64,000 bases of DNA from Pirellulales bacterium (GTDB lineage: Bacteria > Planctomycetota > Planctomycetia > Pirellulales > UBA1268): the NCBI GenBank assembly GCA_044370415.1, contig JBILVO010000004.1:3467-67466 (forward strand), written 5' to 3'. The position numbers and the translations under genes are program-made. Position 1 is the first letter of the stretch; each line of letters starts with the position of its first letter. The notes under the pieces are model-generated. The model searched no databases. It was not told the origin of the DNA and saw only the letters and a list, made by a program, of their open reading frames with translations. Shown here in pieces: positions 48,186 through 58,800 of the stretch.

Positions 48186-48866
48186 CACAGTGAAACGTTG
48201 TCCAGCAAAGACGTCAGTGTCTCGCGTGGCATTCTTGCCGCAGTCGTGATCGCGTGCGTCACCCCGGCCTGTCTCGGCTGTGGCCGGCCCGCTGCGGTCG
48301 AGGCCGTGCCGCGCGTCCGCGAATCCGCTCCACAACCGGCGCCGGCGCGGATGGAGCCGGGCGCGCCGGCGGCGCGGTTCCTGCTCACCGAGCGCGACGG
48401 CACCCCGTTCGATTCCGCTGCGCTTCGCGGCAAGGTCTGGCTGGCAAGCGTGTTCTTCGCCAACTGCCCCGGCCCGTGCTTCCGCGAGAACCAGGCGATC
48501 GCCGACATCCTGCGGGCCATTCCCGATCCCGATTTCGTCGCCGTCAGCGTGACCTGCGATCCGGAAAATGACACGCCGGAGGCGCTGCGTCGCTACGCCG
48601 AGCGTTTCGAGGCCGACGCGGGCCGCTGGAAGTTCCTCACCGGCGACATGGCCACGATCAAAGAGCTCGCCAACGGCACCCTCCTGTTGCCGGCGGAAGT
48701 GGGCGTGCACTCGGAACGGGGCGTCGTCTTCGACCGGCAGGGACGGCTGCGCGGCAGCTACCACCTGCTGCAGCCCGACCGCGTGAAGCTGCTGGAGAAG
48801 CTGATCCGCGAGGTGCTCGACGAGCCCGCGGACGCCGCCGCCCCCGGGGAGGAGGTCCGTCCATGA
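48180..48866 (+). CDS. SCO family copper chaperone (start uncertain)
   Basis: Lipobox CLGC; FFANCPGPC (CxxxC), SVTCDPENDT, GVHS. Confidence 0.9.
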   Translation: MAHSETLSSKDVSVSRGILAAVVIACVTPACLGCGRPAAVEAVPRVRESAPQPAPARMEPGAPAARFLLTERDGTPFDSAALRGKVWLASVFFANCPGPCFRENQAIADILRAIPDPDFVAVSVTCDPENDTPEALRRYAERFEADAGRWKFLTGDMATIKELANGTLLLPAEVGVHSERGVVFDRQGRLRGSYHLLQPDRVKLLEKLIREVLDEPADAAAPGEEVRP

Positions 48867-49321
48867 GCCTCGTCGAAGCGGCCCGCGCGCTGCCCGCCGT
48901 CAATGCCTCGCTCAACGCGCTGGCGACGATCCTGCTCGTGTACGGCTGGGCGGCCATCCGCCGTGGCGACGTTCGCACGCATCGCAAGGCGATGGTGGCG
49001 GCGTTCGGCGTGTCGACGCTCTTCCTGGCCTGCTACCTGTCGTACCACGCCGTCGTGGGGCACGTGCCCTTCGCGGGGCAGGGGATGGCCCGCACGGTCT
49101 ACTTCACGATCCTGATCTCACACATCCTGCTGGCCGTCGCGGTGCCCGTGCTGGCGATCTCGATGTTCGCACTGGCGTGGCGGGGCCGTTTCGAAGCGCA
49201 CCGCCGGCTCGGACGGATCGCACTGCCGATCTGGCTGTACGTCTCGGTGACCGGCGTCGTGATCTACCTGATGCTCTACCACCTGTTCCCCGGGGCCGTC
49301 CCCATCCCGGCGGCAGGCTGA
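48863..49321 (+). CDS. DUF420 family membrane protein (CtaM-like)
   Basis: LPAVNASLN, HRKAM, FLACYLSYH, ILISHILLA, HRRLGR, WLYVSVTGVVIY. Confidence 0.9.
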   Translation: MSLVEAARALPAVNASLNALATILLVYGWAAIRRGDVRTHRKAMVAAFGVSTLFLACYLSYHAVVGHVPFAGQGMARTVYFTILISHILLAVAVPVLAISMFALAWRGRFEAHRRLGRIALPIWLYVSVTGVVIYLMLYHLFPGAVPIPAAG

Positions 49322-49371
49322 CCGTCCGGCCCGTCGATGGAGAGACGTCGACAGGGATGACGAGCGGCACG

Positions 49372-49400
49372 TTGGTCGACGCGGCACGGGAGCCTATGAT
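49372..49400 (+). promoter_or_regulatory. Putative sigma70 promoter
   Basis: TTGGTC-17 nt-TATGAT upstream of ATG 49483. Confidence 0.5.
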
Positions 49401-49482
49401 TGAATCAGACGTGCTGGGTGATGCAGGCTCGGCGGCCGTCGCCGGCATGCCGGAGGCACGACGCGGGGAGACGAGGCGAACC

Positions 49483-49848
49483 ATGCTCGAGATGGCGAAA
49501 CGAGCCCTCCACATCCTCCGTTCGCCGACGTCGCGCGGCCTGCTCGCCGCGGCCGTGCTGCTGCTCTGCGTGGCCGCGGGGTCCGAGGCCCTCGGCTGCC
49601 CGAACTGCAAGGACGCGGTCAACACGACCGACCCGGAGGGCCTGAACGTCGCCCGCGGCTACTTCTACAGCATTCTGCTGATGCTGGCGATGCCGTTCAC
49701 GCTCGTCGGCTCGTTCGGCATCTACGTCTGGCGCGAGATGCGCCGGCAGCGACAGTCGTCCGACGCCGTGCCGCCCGACTTCGTGGCGGAGCCGCGGCTC
49801 GGCGGCGGGCAGGGCGTCGCGTCCCCTCCGACGGCGGCGGTGCCGTGA
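49483..49848 (+). CDS. Small exported membrane protein with CPxC motif
   Basis: Signal peptide then CPNCKDAV, followed by TM GYFYSILLMLAMPF; GAGG RBS. Confidence 0.75.
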   Translation: MLEMAKRALHILRSPTSRGLLAAAVLLLCVAAGSEALGCPNCKDAVNTTDPEGLNVARGYFYSILLMLAMPFTLVGSFGIYVWREMRRQRQSSDAVPPDFVAEPRLGGGQGVASPPTAAVP

Positions 49849-50867
49849 CCGACGAGCCGTCGCCATCCGCGCCGGTCGCCCCCCCGCGCGACAGTGGCGC
49901 ACGGCGCGGCGACGGCCCCCGCAACTTCCTCTCCCGGCGGGAAAACCGGCGGATCTTCTGGCTCTTCATGCCGCCCGCCATGCTCGTGATGCTCGCGCTC
50001 GGCTGGGTCGAGCGGCAGTGGTTCGGCCGACCGGCGGCACCGTCGCCGCCGCAGGTCGACACGCGGGTGGCGGCGATCCGCGGCGAGGCACCGGACGCCG
50101 AATCGGTGATGATCGAGATGGACCGGGAACAGCCGGCCACGCTGCCGGAAGAACGCGGGCTGGCCGCGTCGGCCGAGGCGCTGGCGAAGGTGCGGGACGA
50201 CACGGTCTTCCGGGCCGCCGACGAGGATGCGTGGTTCCAGATCCTGACGACGCTCCGCTCGGCCGAGTCCGGCCCGCCGCCGCGGTCCGCCGCACAGGCG
50301 GTGAGCTTCGCCGAGCTCTTCGGCCAACCGACGAGCTTCCGCGGCCGGCTGGTCCGGTTTCGCGGCACGCTGCGCCGGCTCGAGAAGCTCGCAGCCCCGC
50401 CCAACCCGTACGGCTTCGCCGACTACTGGCAGGGATGGCTGGAGCCCGAGGGCGGCCCCCCTTCGCCGATCGTGGTCTACTTCCTGCAGGTGCCTCCACG
50501 GATTCCCGAGGGCCCGTCGATCCGTGAACCGGTCGAGGTGGTGGGCTACTTCTTCAAGCGCTGGGCATACGCCGCGACCGACGCCGTGCGGCTCGCGCCG
50601 CTCGTGCTCGCCCTCGAGCCCGCCTGGCGGCAGCAGCCCGCCGGCCGACGCGGGAACGACCCGATCGGCACCGCCGCCCTGCTCACGATCGCGGCGATTG
50701 TCCTGCTCACGCTCGCGGGCATCCGGGCCGCGGGTGGCGGCCCATCCCAGCGCCGTCCTCCGGCGGAACCGCGTGACCTCGCCACCGCGCTGGCCGACGT
50801 GGAGGCCTGCTCCACGGAGGAATCGCTGCGCCGGCTTGCCGATGCGGCTCGAAACCGCGAACCTTGA
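49845..50867 (+). CDS. Hypothetical bitopic membrane protein (OB-fold-like periplasmic domain)
   Basis: N- and C-terminal TM; FRGRLVRFRGTLRR...PIVVYF...VEVVGYFFKRWAY; GTGA overlap. Confidence 0.7.
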   Translation: MTDEPSPSAPVAPPRDSGARRGDGPRNFLSRRENRRIFWLFMPPAMLVMLALGWVERQWFGRPAAPSPPQVDTRVAAIRGEAPDAESVMIEMDREQPATLPEERGLAASAEALAKVRDDTVFRAADEDAWFQILTTLRSAESGPPPRSAAQAVSFAELFGQPTSFRGRLVRFRGTLRRLEKLAAPPNPYGFADYWQGWLEPEGGPPSPIVVYFLQVPPRIPEGPSIREPVEVVGYFFKRWAYAATDAVRLAPLVLALEPAWRQQPAGRRGNDPIGTAALLTIAAIVLLTLAGIRAAGGGPSQRRPPAEPRDLATALADVEACSTEESLRRLADAARNREP

Positions 50868-51018
50868 CGAGGCGGGCGGCTGCGGCGGCACTGGCCGCGA
50901 CGGCGGGCCGTCCCGCGTCGGGTGTGCTCGCGCGCCGCCACGCGTCGTCTCCGTCATGCCCCCGATGCTCACCATGTCCCCGATCACCATGCCCCCGATC
51001 ACCCAGGGAGCCAGCGCG

Positions 51019-53548
<2,530 letters not shown>

Positions 53549-53966
53549 GCGACGCAGGCCTCACAGGCCGTGGATACATTCATTCGCCGCTGGAGGCGGC
53601 GGCAGCGAGCGCCGAAAAACATCGGCTTCTTCGCCGCTCGCTCTCGTGGAGAAAGGCCAGGGAGGGCTTTTCCCACAGCCAGCTGAGCAGCGCATCTGCG
53701 ACACGTACGGCCGACCGATGCGGCCGCGTTCCGCCCGAGTCGCTTCGTGGTCAACAGGGCGCCTCTTCCATGCCGCCGCGACGGCACGGGCCCGCTTGCG
53801 CCGATTGCCCGTCTTACCCCGCCTCTCCCGGGGCTTCTCCGCGTGATCCTGCCGTTGCCGCCCCTGGGAGGTTCCGTTACAAACCCCGGGCCTGAAACGG
53901 CCTGTTCGTCCCGGTTTTTCGCCGCGAACACGTGCCGGAGCACGAGGCCCAGCCCAGAGGTGTCCG

Positions 53967-54728
53967 ATGAGCAGCCGCCTTCCGGAACGGAAACAGGATC
54001 ATCGGAAACAGGATCTTCGGGCCTCGGGCGGCCGCCGCCGTGCGGCTGGGCGACGGCCGGCCGTCGCCACCGTGGCCGGGTCATCCGCCTGGCTCGGGGA
54101 CGACCGCCTCTTCACGCCGCTGGCGTACGAGCCCGGCTACGACTACCCGCTGCTGGTCTGGCTGCCCGGGCAGGCGGAGGAGGAGCCGGCCAAGCGATTC
54201 GATCTGGCCCGCACGATGACGCGGGTGAGCCTCCGCAATTTCGTCGCGATCCAGCCGCTGCCCGCGGCGGATGATCCGGCGACGCTCGGCTGGGACGACC
54301 TGGTCTTCCGCTCGATCGACCGCGTCCGCGAACGGCTCTCGATCCATCGCCGACGCGTCTTCCTCGTGGGCCGTGGTTCGGGCGGCACCGAGGCGTTTCG
54401 CATCGCCTGCCGGCATCCCGACGCCTTCGCCGGTGTCGTGTCGATCGGCGGGCCGTTTCCTCTCGACGAGGGGCTGTTCGCACGGATCGCCGAGGTGCGA
54501 CGCCTCCCGATGCTGCTCTGCTGCCGACAGGGCGGTGCCGACGACGTCCGCGCCGCGCACGTGGACCGCACCCTGCGGCTCTTCCACGCCGCCGGCGCGT
54601 CGCTCGCCATGCGGATCTATCCCGGCCGCAACGACCTGGCCCGTGGAGTCCTGGCCGACGTGAACCGCTGGGTCATGGACGAAGTCTGCGGCAGTCCGGC
54701 CAACGTCCACTCGCTCTCCGCCTCGTGA
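53967..54728 (+). CDS. Alpha/beta hydrolase-fold protein (carboxylesterase-like) lacking the canonical catalytic Ser/His
   Basis: YEPGYDYPLLVWLPG, SIHRRRVFLVGRGSGG, FAGVVSIGG, YPGRNDL. Confidence 0.75.
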   Translation: MSSRLPERKQDHRKQDLRASGGRRRAAGRRPAVATVAGSSAWLGDDRLFTPLAYEPGYDYPLLVWLPGQAEEEPAKRFDLARTMTRVSLRNFVAIQPLPAADDPATLGWDDLVFRSIDRVRERLSIHRRRVFLVGRGSGGTEAFRIACRHPDAFAGVVSIGGPFPLDEGLFARIAEVRRLPMLLCCRQGGADDVRAAHVDRTLRLFHAAGASLAMRIYPGRNDLARGVLADVNRWVMDEVCGSPANVHSLSAS

Positions 54729-55267
54729 CAGGCAACACGACGATGTCGCTCCCCTCCCGTTCCCGCCACCTGGTTCCCGACGGCGCGTCGCTCCGCGACC
54801 TGCTCGCGTCGATCGTCGCCGACTGCTGCCGCTCCGCCCGGGAGCGGGGCCTGCCCGCCGTCGCCGTGACGCTCGATGCGCCCGGAGGGCAGCTCGTCCC
54901 GGCCGCGGCCACACCGCTTCGCCGCCTCCTCGAATCGCTGCTGCGCCGGGCCGTCGAGTCGGCCGCGGGAGCCGAGCGTGAGGGGGATGCCCCGCTGATG
55001 CGCGAAGTGCTTGTGACAAGCGTCGACATGGACGATTGCATCGAGATCGAGGTCGCCGATTCCGGGGCCGGACTCCCGCGGGAGGTCCGCGCGTGGCTCG
55101 CCGGCCAAGGCGACGAGACGCCCGCCGGGGCGGGGCTGGCGCTGGCTGCGGTGCGGGCGGCGGCCGATCGGATCGGCGGCACGGTCTGCGCCGTCGATTG
55201 CCCCGAGGGAGGCGTGGCCGTCACGCTCCGCCTGCCGCGTCGTCAGGCACAGCGGCTGGCCGCCTGA
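54725..55267 (+). CDS. Stand-alone HATPase_c-like domain protein (no HisKA, degenerate N box)
   Basis: G1 IEVADSGAGL, G2 GAGLALA, CPEGGVAVTLRLP; N box reads ESLLRRAVES; GTGA overlap. Confidence 0.75.
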   Translation: MTGNTTMSLPSRSRHLVPDGASLRDLLASIVADCCRSARERGLPAVAVTLDAPGGQLVPAAATPLRRLLESLLRRAVESAAGAEREGDAPLMREVLVTSVDMDDCIEIEVADSGAGLPREVRAWLAGQGDETPAGAGLALAAVRAAADRIGGTVCAVDCPEGGVAVTLRLPRRQAQRLAA

Positions 55268-55357
55268 CCCGCCCGAGCACCACCGCGGTCCGACACACCA
55301 CGAGGACGTCGCCGCACAACCGGTCTTTTCACGGCCGCACGTCACGAAGGGCAGTGC

Positions 55358-57553
55358 ATGGACGCACAGCTGGGTTCATCGTCGATTCGCCATCACACCC
55401 TGCCGCTCGCGCCGGCGCAGGTGATCGCGCTGGGCCTCGTCGCAGCGTCGATCGGCTGGGCCGTGTGGCTGCTGCGCGACAGGCCGGCCAGCGAGGAGGT
55501 CGAGCTGCTCGCCGGGATGGTGCTGCCGTCGTCGGAGATGGCCATCATGGAGGCCGCCTTCGACCGGGCACAGCTCGGCGACCACCGCACCGAGGGCGGC
55601 CGGGTGTGGGTGCCGCGTAGCCGGCAGAGCGCCTACATGCGGGCGTTGGTCGATGCCGAGGCGTTGCCGCGCGAGTTCGGCGGCAGCCTCCGCCGCGCCC
55701 TCGAGAAGAACAGTCCGTGGCAGAGCAGGGCGGTGCAGGACGAGCTGCTGCGGGTGGCGACCCAGGAGGAGCTGTCGCTGGTGATCTGTTCGATGCCCGG
55801 CATCGAGCGGGCGGCCGTGCTCTACGACACGGAGAGCCGCGGCGGGTTTGACGGCACCGGCCACGGTCAGCCCGCCAAGACGGCGAGCGTGAACGTGCGC
55901 ACCCAGCCCGACACCGAGCTCGATCCGGCGCGGGTGCAGGCGATCCGCGTGCTGGTGAGCTCGTCGATCGCGGGGCTGACGCCCGAGCGGGTCGCGGTCA
56001 CGGACCTGCGCAGCGGCCGCGTCCACGCGGGACCGCTCGACGCCGACGCCGACCGTGAGTCGGCCGCGGCGGCGGCCGATCCGGCGCTGGCCCGCCGGAT
56101 CGCCCACGAGCGGCACCTGGCCGCGAAGGTGCGGCAGGCGATCTCCTTCATCAAGGGGGCCGCCGTCGACGTCACCGTGGAGTTCGCCGGGCCCGAGAGC
56201 GATGCGGCGCCGGTGCCGCCCGCACCGGCCGTGGTCGACGTCCGCGGCGCCGTGCCGCTCCAGAGGGCCGCCGACGCCAACGCCCCCGCCGAGATCCAGC
56301 CGGCGGCGCCGGTGGCAGCAGTGCCGCCGCCCGCGGCCGCTCCGCGGGCGACCCCGGAGCCGCCCGATGCGGCCCCGAACGCCATCTTCGTCTCGATCGC
56401 CGTGCCCGAGAGCTACTTCCAGGCCGCTTGCCGCGCCGCCGCCGAACGGGCGGGGCAGCCGCTGCTCCAGCCGCTCGCCATCGAGACCCAGGAGACCGAA
56501 CGGATCCGTCAGCACGTACTCGCGCTGCTGCCGGCGACCCGCGATCCCGCCCGCCGCCGCGTCGTCGTCACCGGGTTTCCGATCGGGGGGCCGCTCGCCG
56601 GCCGTCGCGACCAGCCATCGCGTGCCGCCAGCTCCGCCGTCGACGGCGGCAGCCGCGACAAGGCGTCGCCGGCGAGCCTCGAAGAGGTCGTCGCGCTGGT
56701 CGCCGCCGGCCGCTTCGACGAGGTGCCGCGGCAGATCTGGCTGGCGACCATGAGCGTGAGCGTCGGCCTGCTGGCGGCCCTGCTGTGGATGCTCGGCGGG
56801 CGCGCCGACTCCTCCGGAGACAGCGGGATGCACGCCCGTCGTGCCCCGCCGCGGATCGACTGGTCGGCGGCGGGCGATCCGCACGAAGAAGGACATGCGA
56901 CGCAGGAACGCCCCGGCATCGCGCGGGCAGCGACTCTGCTCCTCTGCCTGACTCTCTCGGCCGGCACCGTGCGGGCTGCCGGCGCCGACCCGGTGCCGCC
57001 GTCGCCGGAGTCGGTCCTGCCCGAGCCGGACGCAGCCCCGCAGTCCGAGCCGACCGCCCGCGGCGCGGAGTCCGCGACGCCGCGATCGGTGGCGCACCGC
57101 CATGCGGGGCCGGCCCCCCAGGTGCTGCCGGCCTTGCCGCTCGACGGATCAAGGGGCTCCGCGGGAGACGATCCCGTCGCCGCTTCCCCGCGGATCGGCG
57201 ACTGGAAACTGCTCGCCGTGATCGTCGCCGCCTTTGCCGCGGTCGGCGTCGCCTCGCGGCTGTCGCGGCGCAAGACGGCGACACTGCCGCCCGACGTGTT
57301 CGAAGTGCTCGGGACGGCACCACTCGCCGGACAGCACGCGGTGCGGATCGTGCGGTTCGGCCCCAAGACGCTCCTCATCGGCGTGTCCACGGGCGGCTGC
57401 CAGACCCTCGCCGAGATCTCGGATCCGCAGGCCACGGCCTGCATCGCCGCAGCCTGCCGCGGCAGTCATCCGCCCCTGCGGGCCGCCGCGCGGAGCGATC
57501 AACGGCCCGCACCGCCGCCGGCGACGCCGCGGACCGGCCGGGAGGCCGCATGA
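55358..57553 (+). CDS. FliF/YscJ-like MS-ring protein fused in-frame to a FliO-like C-terminal domain
   Basis: RBM2 motifs EELSLVICSMPGIERAAV, KTASVNV, QAIRVLVSSSIAGLTPERVAVTD; RBM3 fragments; TM2; then FliO-like TM + PDVFEVLGTAPLAGQHAVRIVRFGPKTLLIGVSTGGCQTLAEISDP. Confidence 0.78.
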   Translation: MDAQLGSSSIRHHTLPLAPAQVIALGLVAASIGWAVWLLRDRPASEEVELLAGMVLPSSEMAIMEAAFDRAQLGDHRTEGGRVWVPRSRQSAYMRALVDAEALPREFGGSLRRALEKNSPWQSRAVQDELLRVATQEELSLVICSMPGIERAAVLYDTESRGGFDGTGHGQPAKTASVNVRTQPDTELDPARVQAIRVLVSSSIAGLTPERVAVTDLRSGRVHAGPLDADADRESAAAAADPALARRIAHERHLAAKVRQAISFIKGAAVDVTVEFAGPESDAAPVPPAPAVVDVRGAVPLQRAADANAPAEIQPAAPVAAVPPPAAAPRATPEPPDAAPNAIFVSIAVPESYFQAACRAAAERAGQPLLQPLAIETQETERIRQHVLALLPATRDPARRRVVVTGFPIGGPLAGRRDQPSRAASSAVDGGSRDKASPASLEEVVALVAAGRFDEVPRQIWLATMSVSVGLLAALLWMLGGRADSSGDSGMHARRAPPRIDWSAAGDPHEEGHATQERPGIARAATLLLCLTLSAGTVRAAGADPVPPSPESVLPEPDAAPQSEPTARGAESATPRSVAHRHAGPAPQVLPALPLDGSRGSAGDDPVAASPRIGDWKLLAVIVAAFAAVGVASRLSRRKTATLPPDVFEVLGTAPLAGQHAVRIVRFGPKTLLIGVSTGGCQTLAEISDPQATACIAAACRGSHPPLRAAARSDQRPAPPPATPRTGREAA

Positions 57554-58449
57554 GGCGGGCCATGCGGCTCGGCGTCGTCCGCGCGACCGCGGCCGCACTG
57601 CTGGCGGCATGCGTCCTGGCATCGGCCTGCGCGGAGGAGCCGGCCGCGACGGCGGTGGAGCCGGCGTCGCTCCGCCTGATCCCGGCGACGGGCGAGCCCG
57701 CGGTCGCGGGGACGGCCGCGCCGCAGCCCGCGCGTCCGCAGGGTGAGGCAGGAGAAGCCGCGGCACTGGCGGTGCGGCTGCTCGGCACCCGCTCGCTCGA
57801 CACGCTCCTCCCGGCGCTGCTGATGTTCGGCGTGGCGAGCCTGGCGCCCGCCGTGCTCCTGATGACCACGTGCTTCGTGCGGATCTCGATCGTGCTGGCG
57901 CTCGTCCGCCAGGGTCTCGGCACGGCGCAGCTGCCGTCGAACCAGATCCTCACGTCGCTGGCCCTCTTCCTCTCGGCGCTGGTCATGTGGCCGGTCTGGA
58001 CCGCCGCCTACCGCGACGGCATCGAGCCCTACCAGCAGGGCAGGATCGAACTGGCCGCGGCATACGACCGGGGGAGCCTGCCGGTGCGCCGCTGGATGGC
58101 GGCGCAGATCGAGCAAGCGGGCAACCGAGACACGATGCTCTTCTTCCTCGCGCGGCATCCCTCGGCGCCCACCCGCGTGGCGACCTACGACGACGTGCCG
58201 GTCGAGACGCTGCTGCCCGCGTTCCTCGTGAGCGAGCTGAAGACCTCCTTCGCCATCGGCTTCCGGATCCTGCTGCCGTTCCTGGTGCTCGACGTGCTCG
58301 TGGCGACGCTCGTGGTGTCGACCGGGCTGGTCATGCTGCCGCCGACACTGGTGTCGCTGCCGCTGAAGCTGCTGGTGTTCGTGGCCGCGGACGGCTGGTC
58401 TCTGGTGGTGCGGTCGCTGCTCGACGGGATGCGGCAGGCGACCTCGTGA
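57550..58449 (+). CDS. fliP: Flagellar/T3SS export gate protein FliP (SctR), divergent
   Basis: SLAPAVLLMTTCFVRISIVL, LPSNQILTSLALFLS, LLPAFLVSELKTSF, LPPTLVSLPLKLLVFVAADGW. Confidence 0.93.
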   Translation: MRRAMRLGVVRATAAALLAACVLASACAEEPAATAVEPASLRLIPATGEPAVAGTAAPQPARPQGEAGEAAALAVRLLGTRSLDTLLPALLMFGVASLAPAVLLMTTCFVRISIVLALVRQGLGTAQLPSNQILTSLALFLSALVMWPVWTAAYRDGIEPYQQGRIELAAAYDRGSLPVRRWMAAQIEQAGNRDTMLFFLARHPSAPTRVATYDDVPVETLLPAFLVSELKTSFAIGFRILLPFLVLDVLVATLVVSTGLVMLPPTLVSLPLKLLVFVAADGWSLVVRSLLDGMRQATS

Positions 58450-58480
58450 CCCCGCGACACCCCCGGCCCGGGAGGGTCCG

Positions 58481-58732
58481 ATGAACGACGGCGAACTCGT
58501 GGAACTCGTCAGGCAGGCGATCCTGTCGGGCCTGATCGTGATCGCGCCGGTGCTCTGCGCGGGCTTCGCGGTGGCCACGGTCGTCGGACTCGTCCAGGCG
58601 GCGACCGGCGTCCACGAACCGCTCGTCGGCTTCGTGCCGCGGCTGGTGGCCATGGCCGCCACGCTCCTGATCACGATGCCCTGGATGGTCGAGCGGCTCG
58701 CCGACATGTTCCGCACCGCGGCGGGGCCGTGA
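58481..58732 (+). CDS. fliQ: Export gate protein FliQ (SctS), divergent
   Basis: 83 aa, two hydrophobic helices, GLVQAATGVHEPLVGFVPR, MPWM; position after fliP. Confidence 0.88.
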   Translation: MNDGELVELVRQAILSGLIVIAPVLCAGFAVATVVGLVQAATGVHEPLVGFVPRLVAMAATLLITMPWMVERLADMFRTAAGP

Positions 58733-58800
58733 TCGCGCCCGCTCGACGCCTGTCGTCGTATCGATCCACCGAGAGGAGCGGCTGAGCCGCAGCGCCCGTC

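Noticed and set aside
50955-51002. CATGCCCCCGATCAC-like 15-18 bp repeats (and 9-bp CATGTCGCC repeats near 18787-18813)
   Set aside because: Short low-complexity duplications; no structure or family recognised
53782-53799. Sigma54 promoter for the export-gate cluster (CGGCAC...TTGC)
   Set aside because: GG-to-GC spacing is 13 nt rather than the required 10; no convincing sigma28 site seen either
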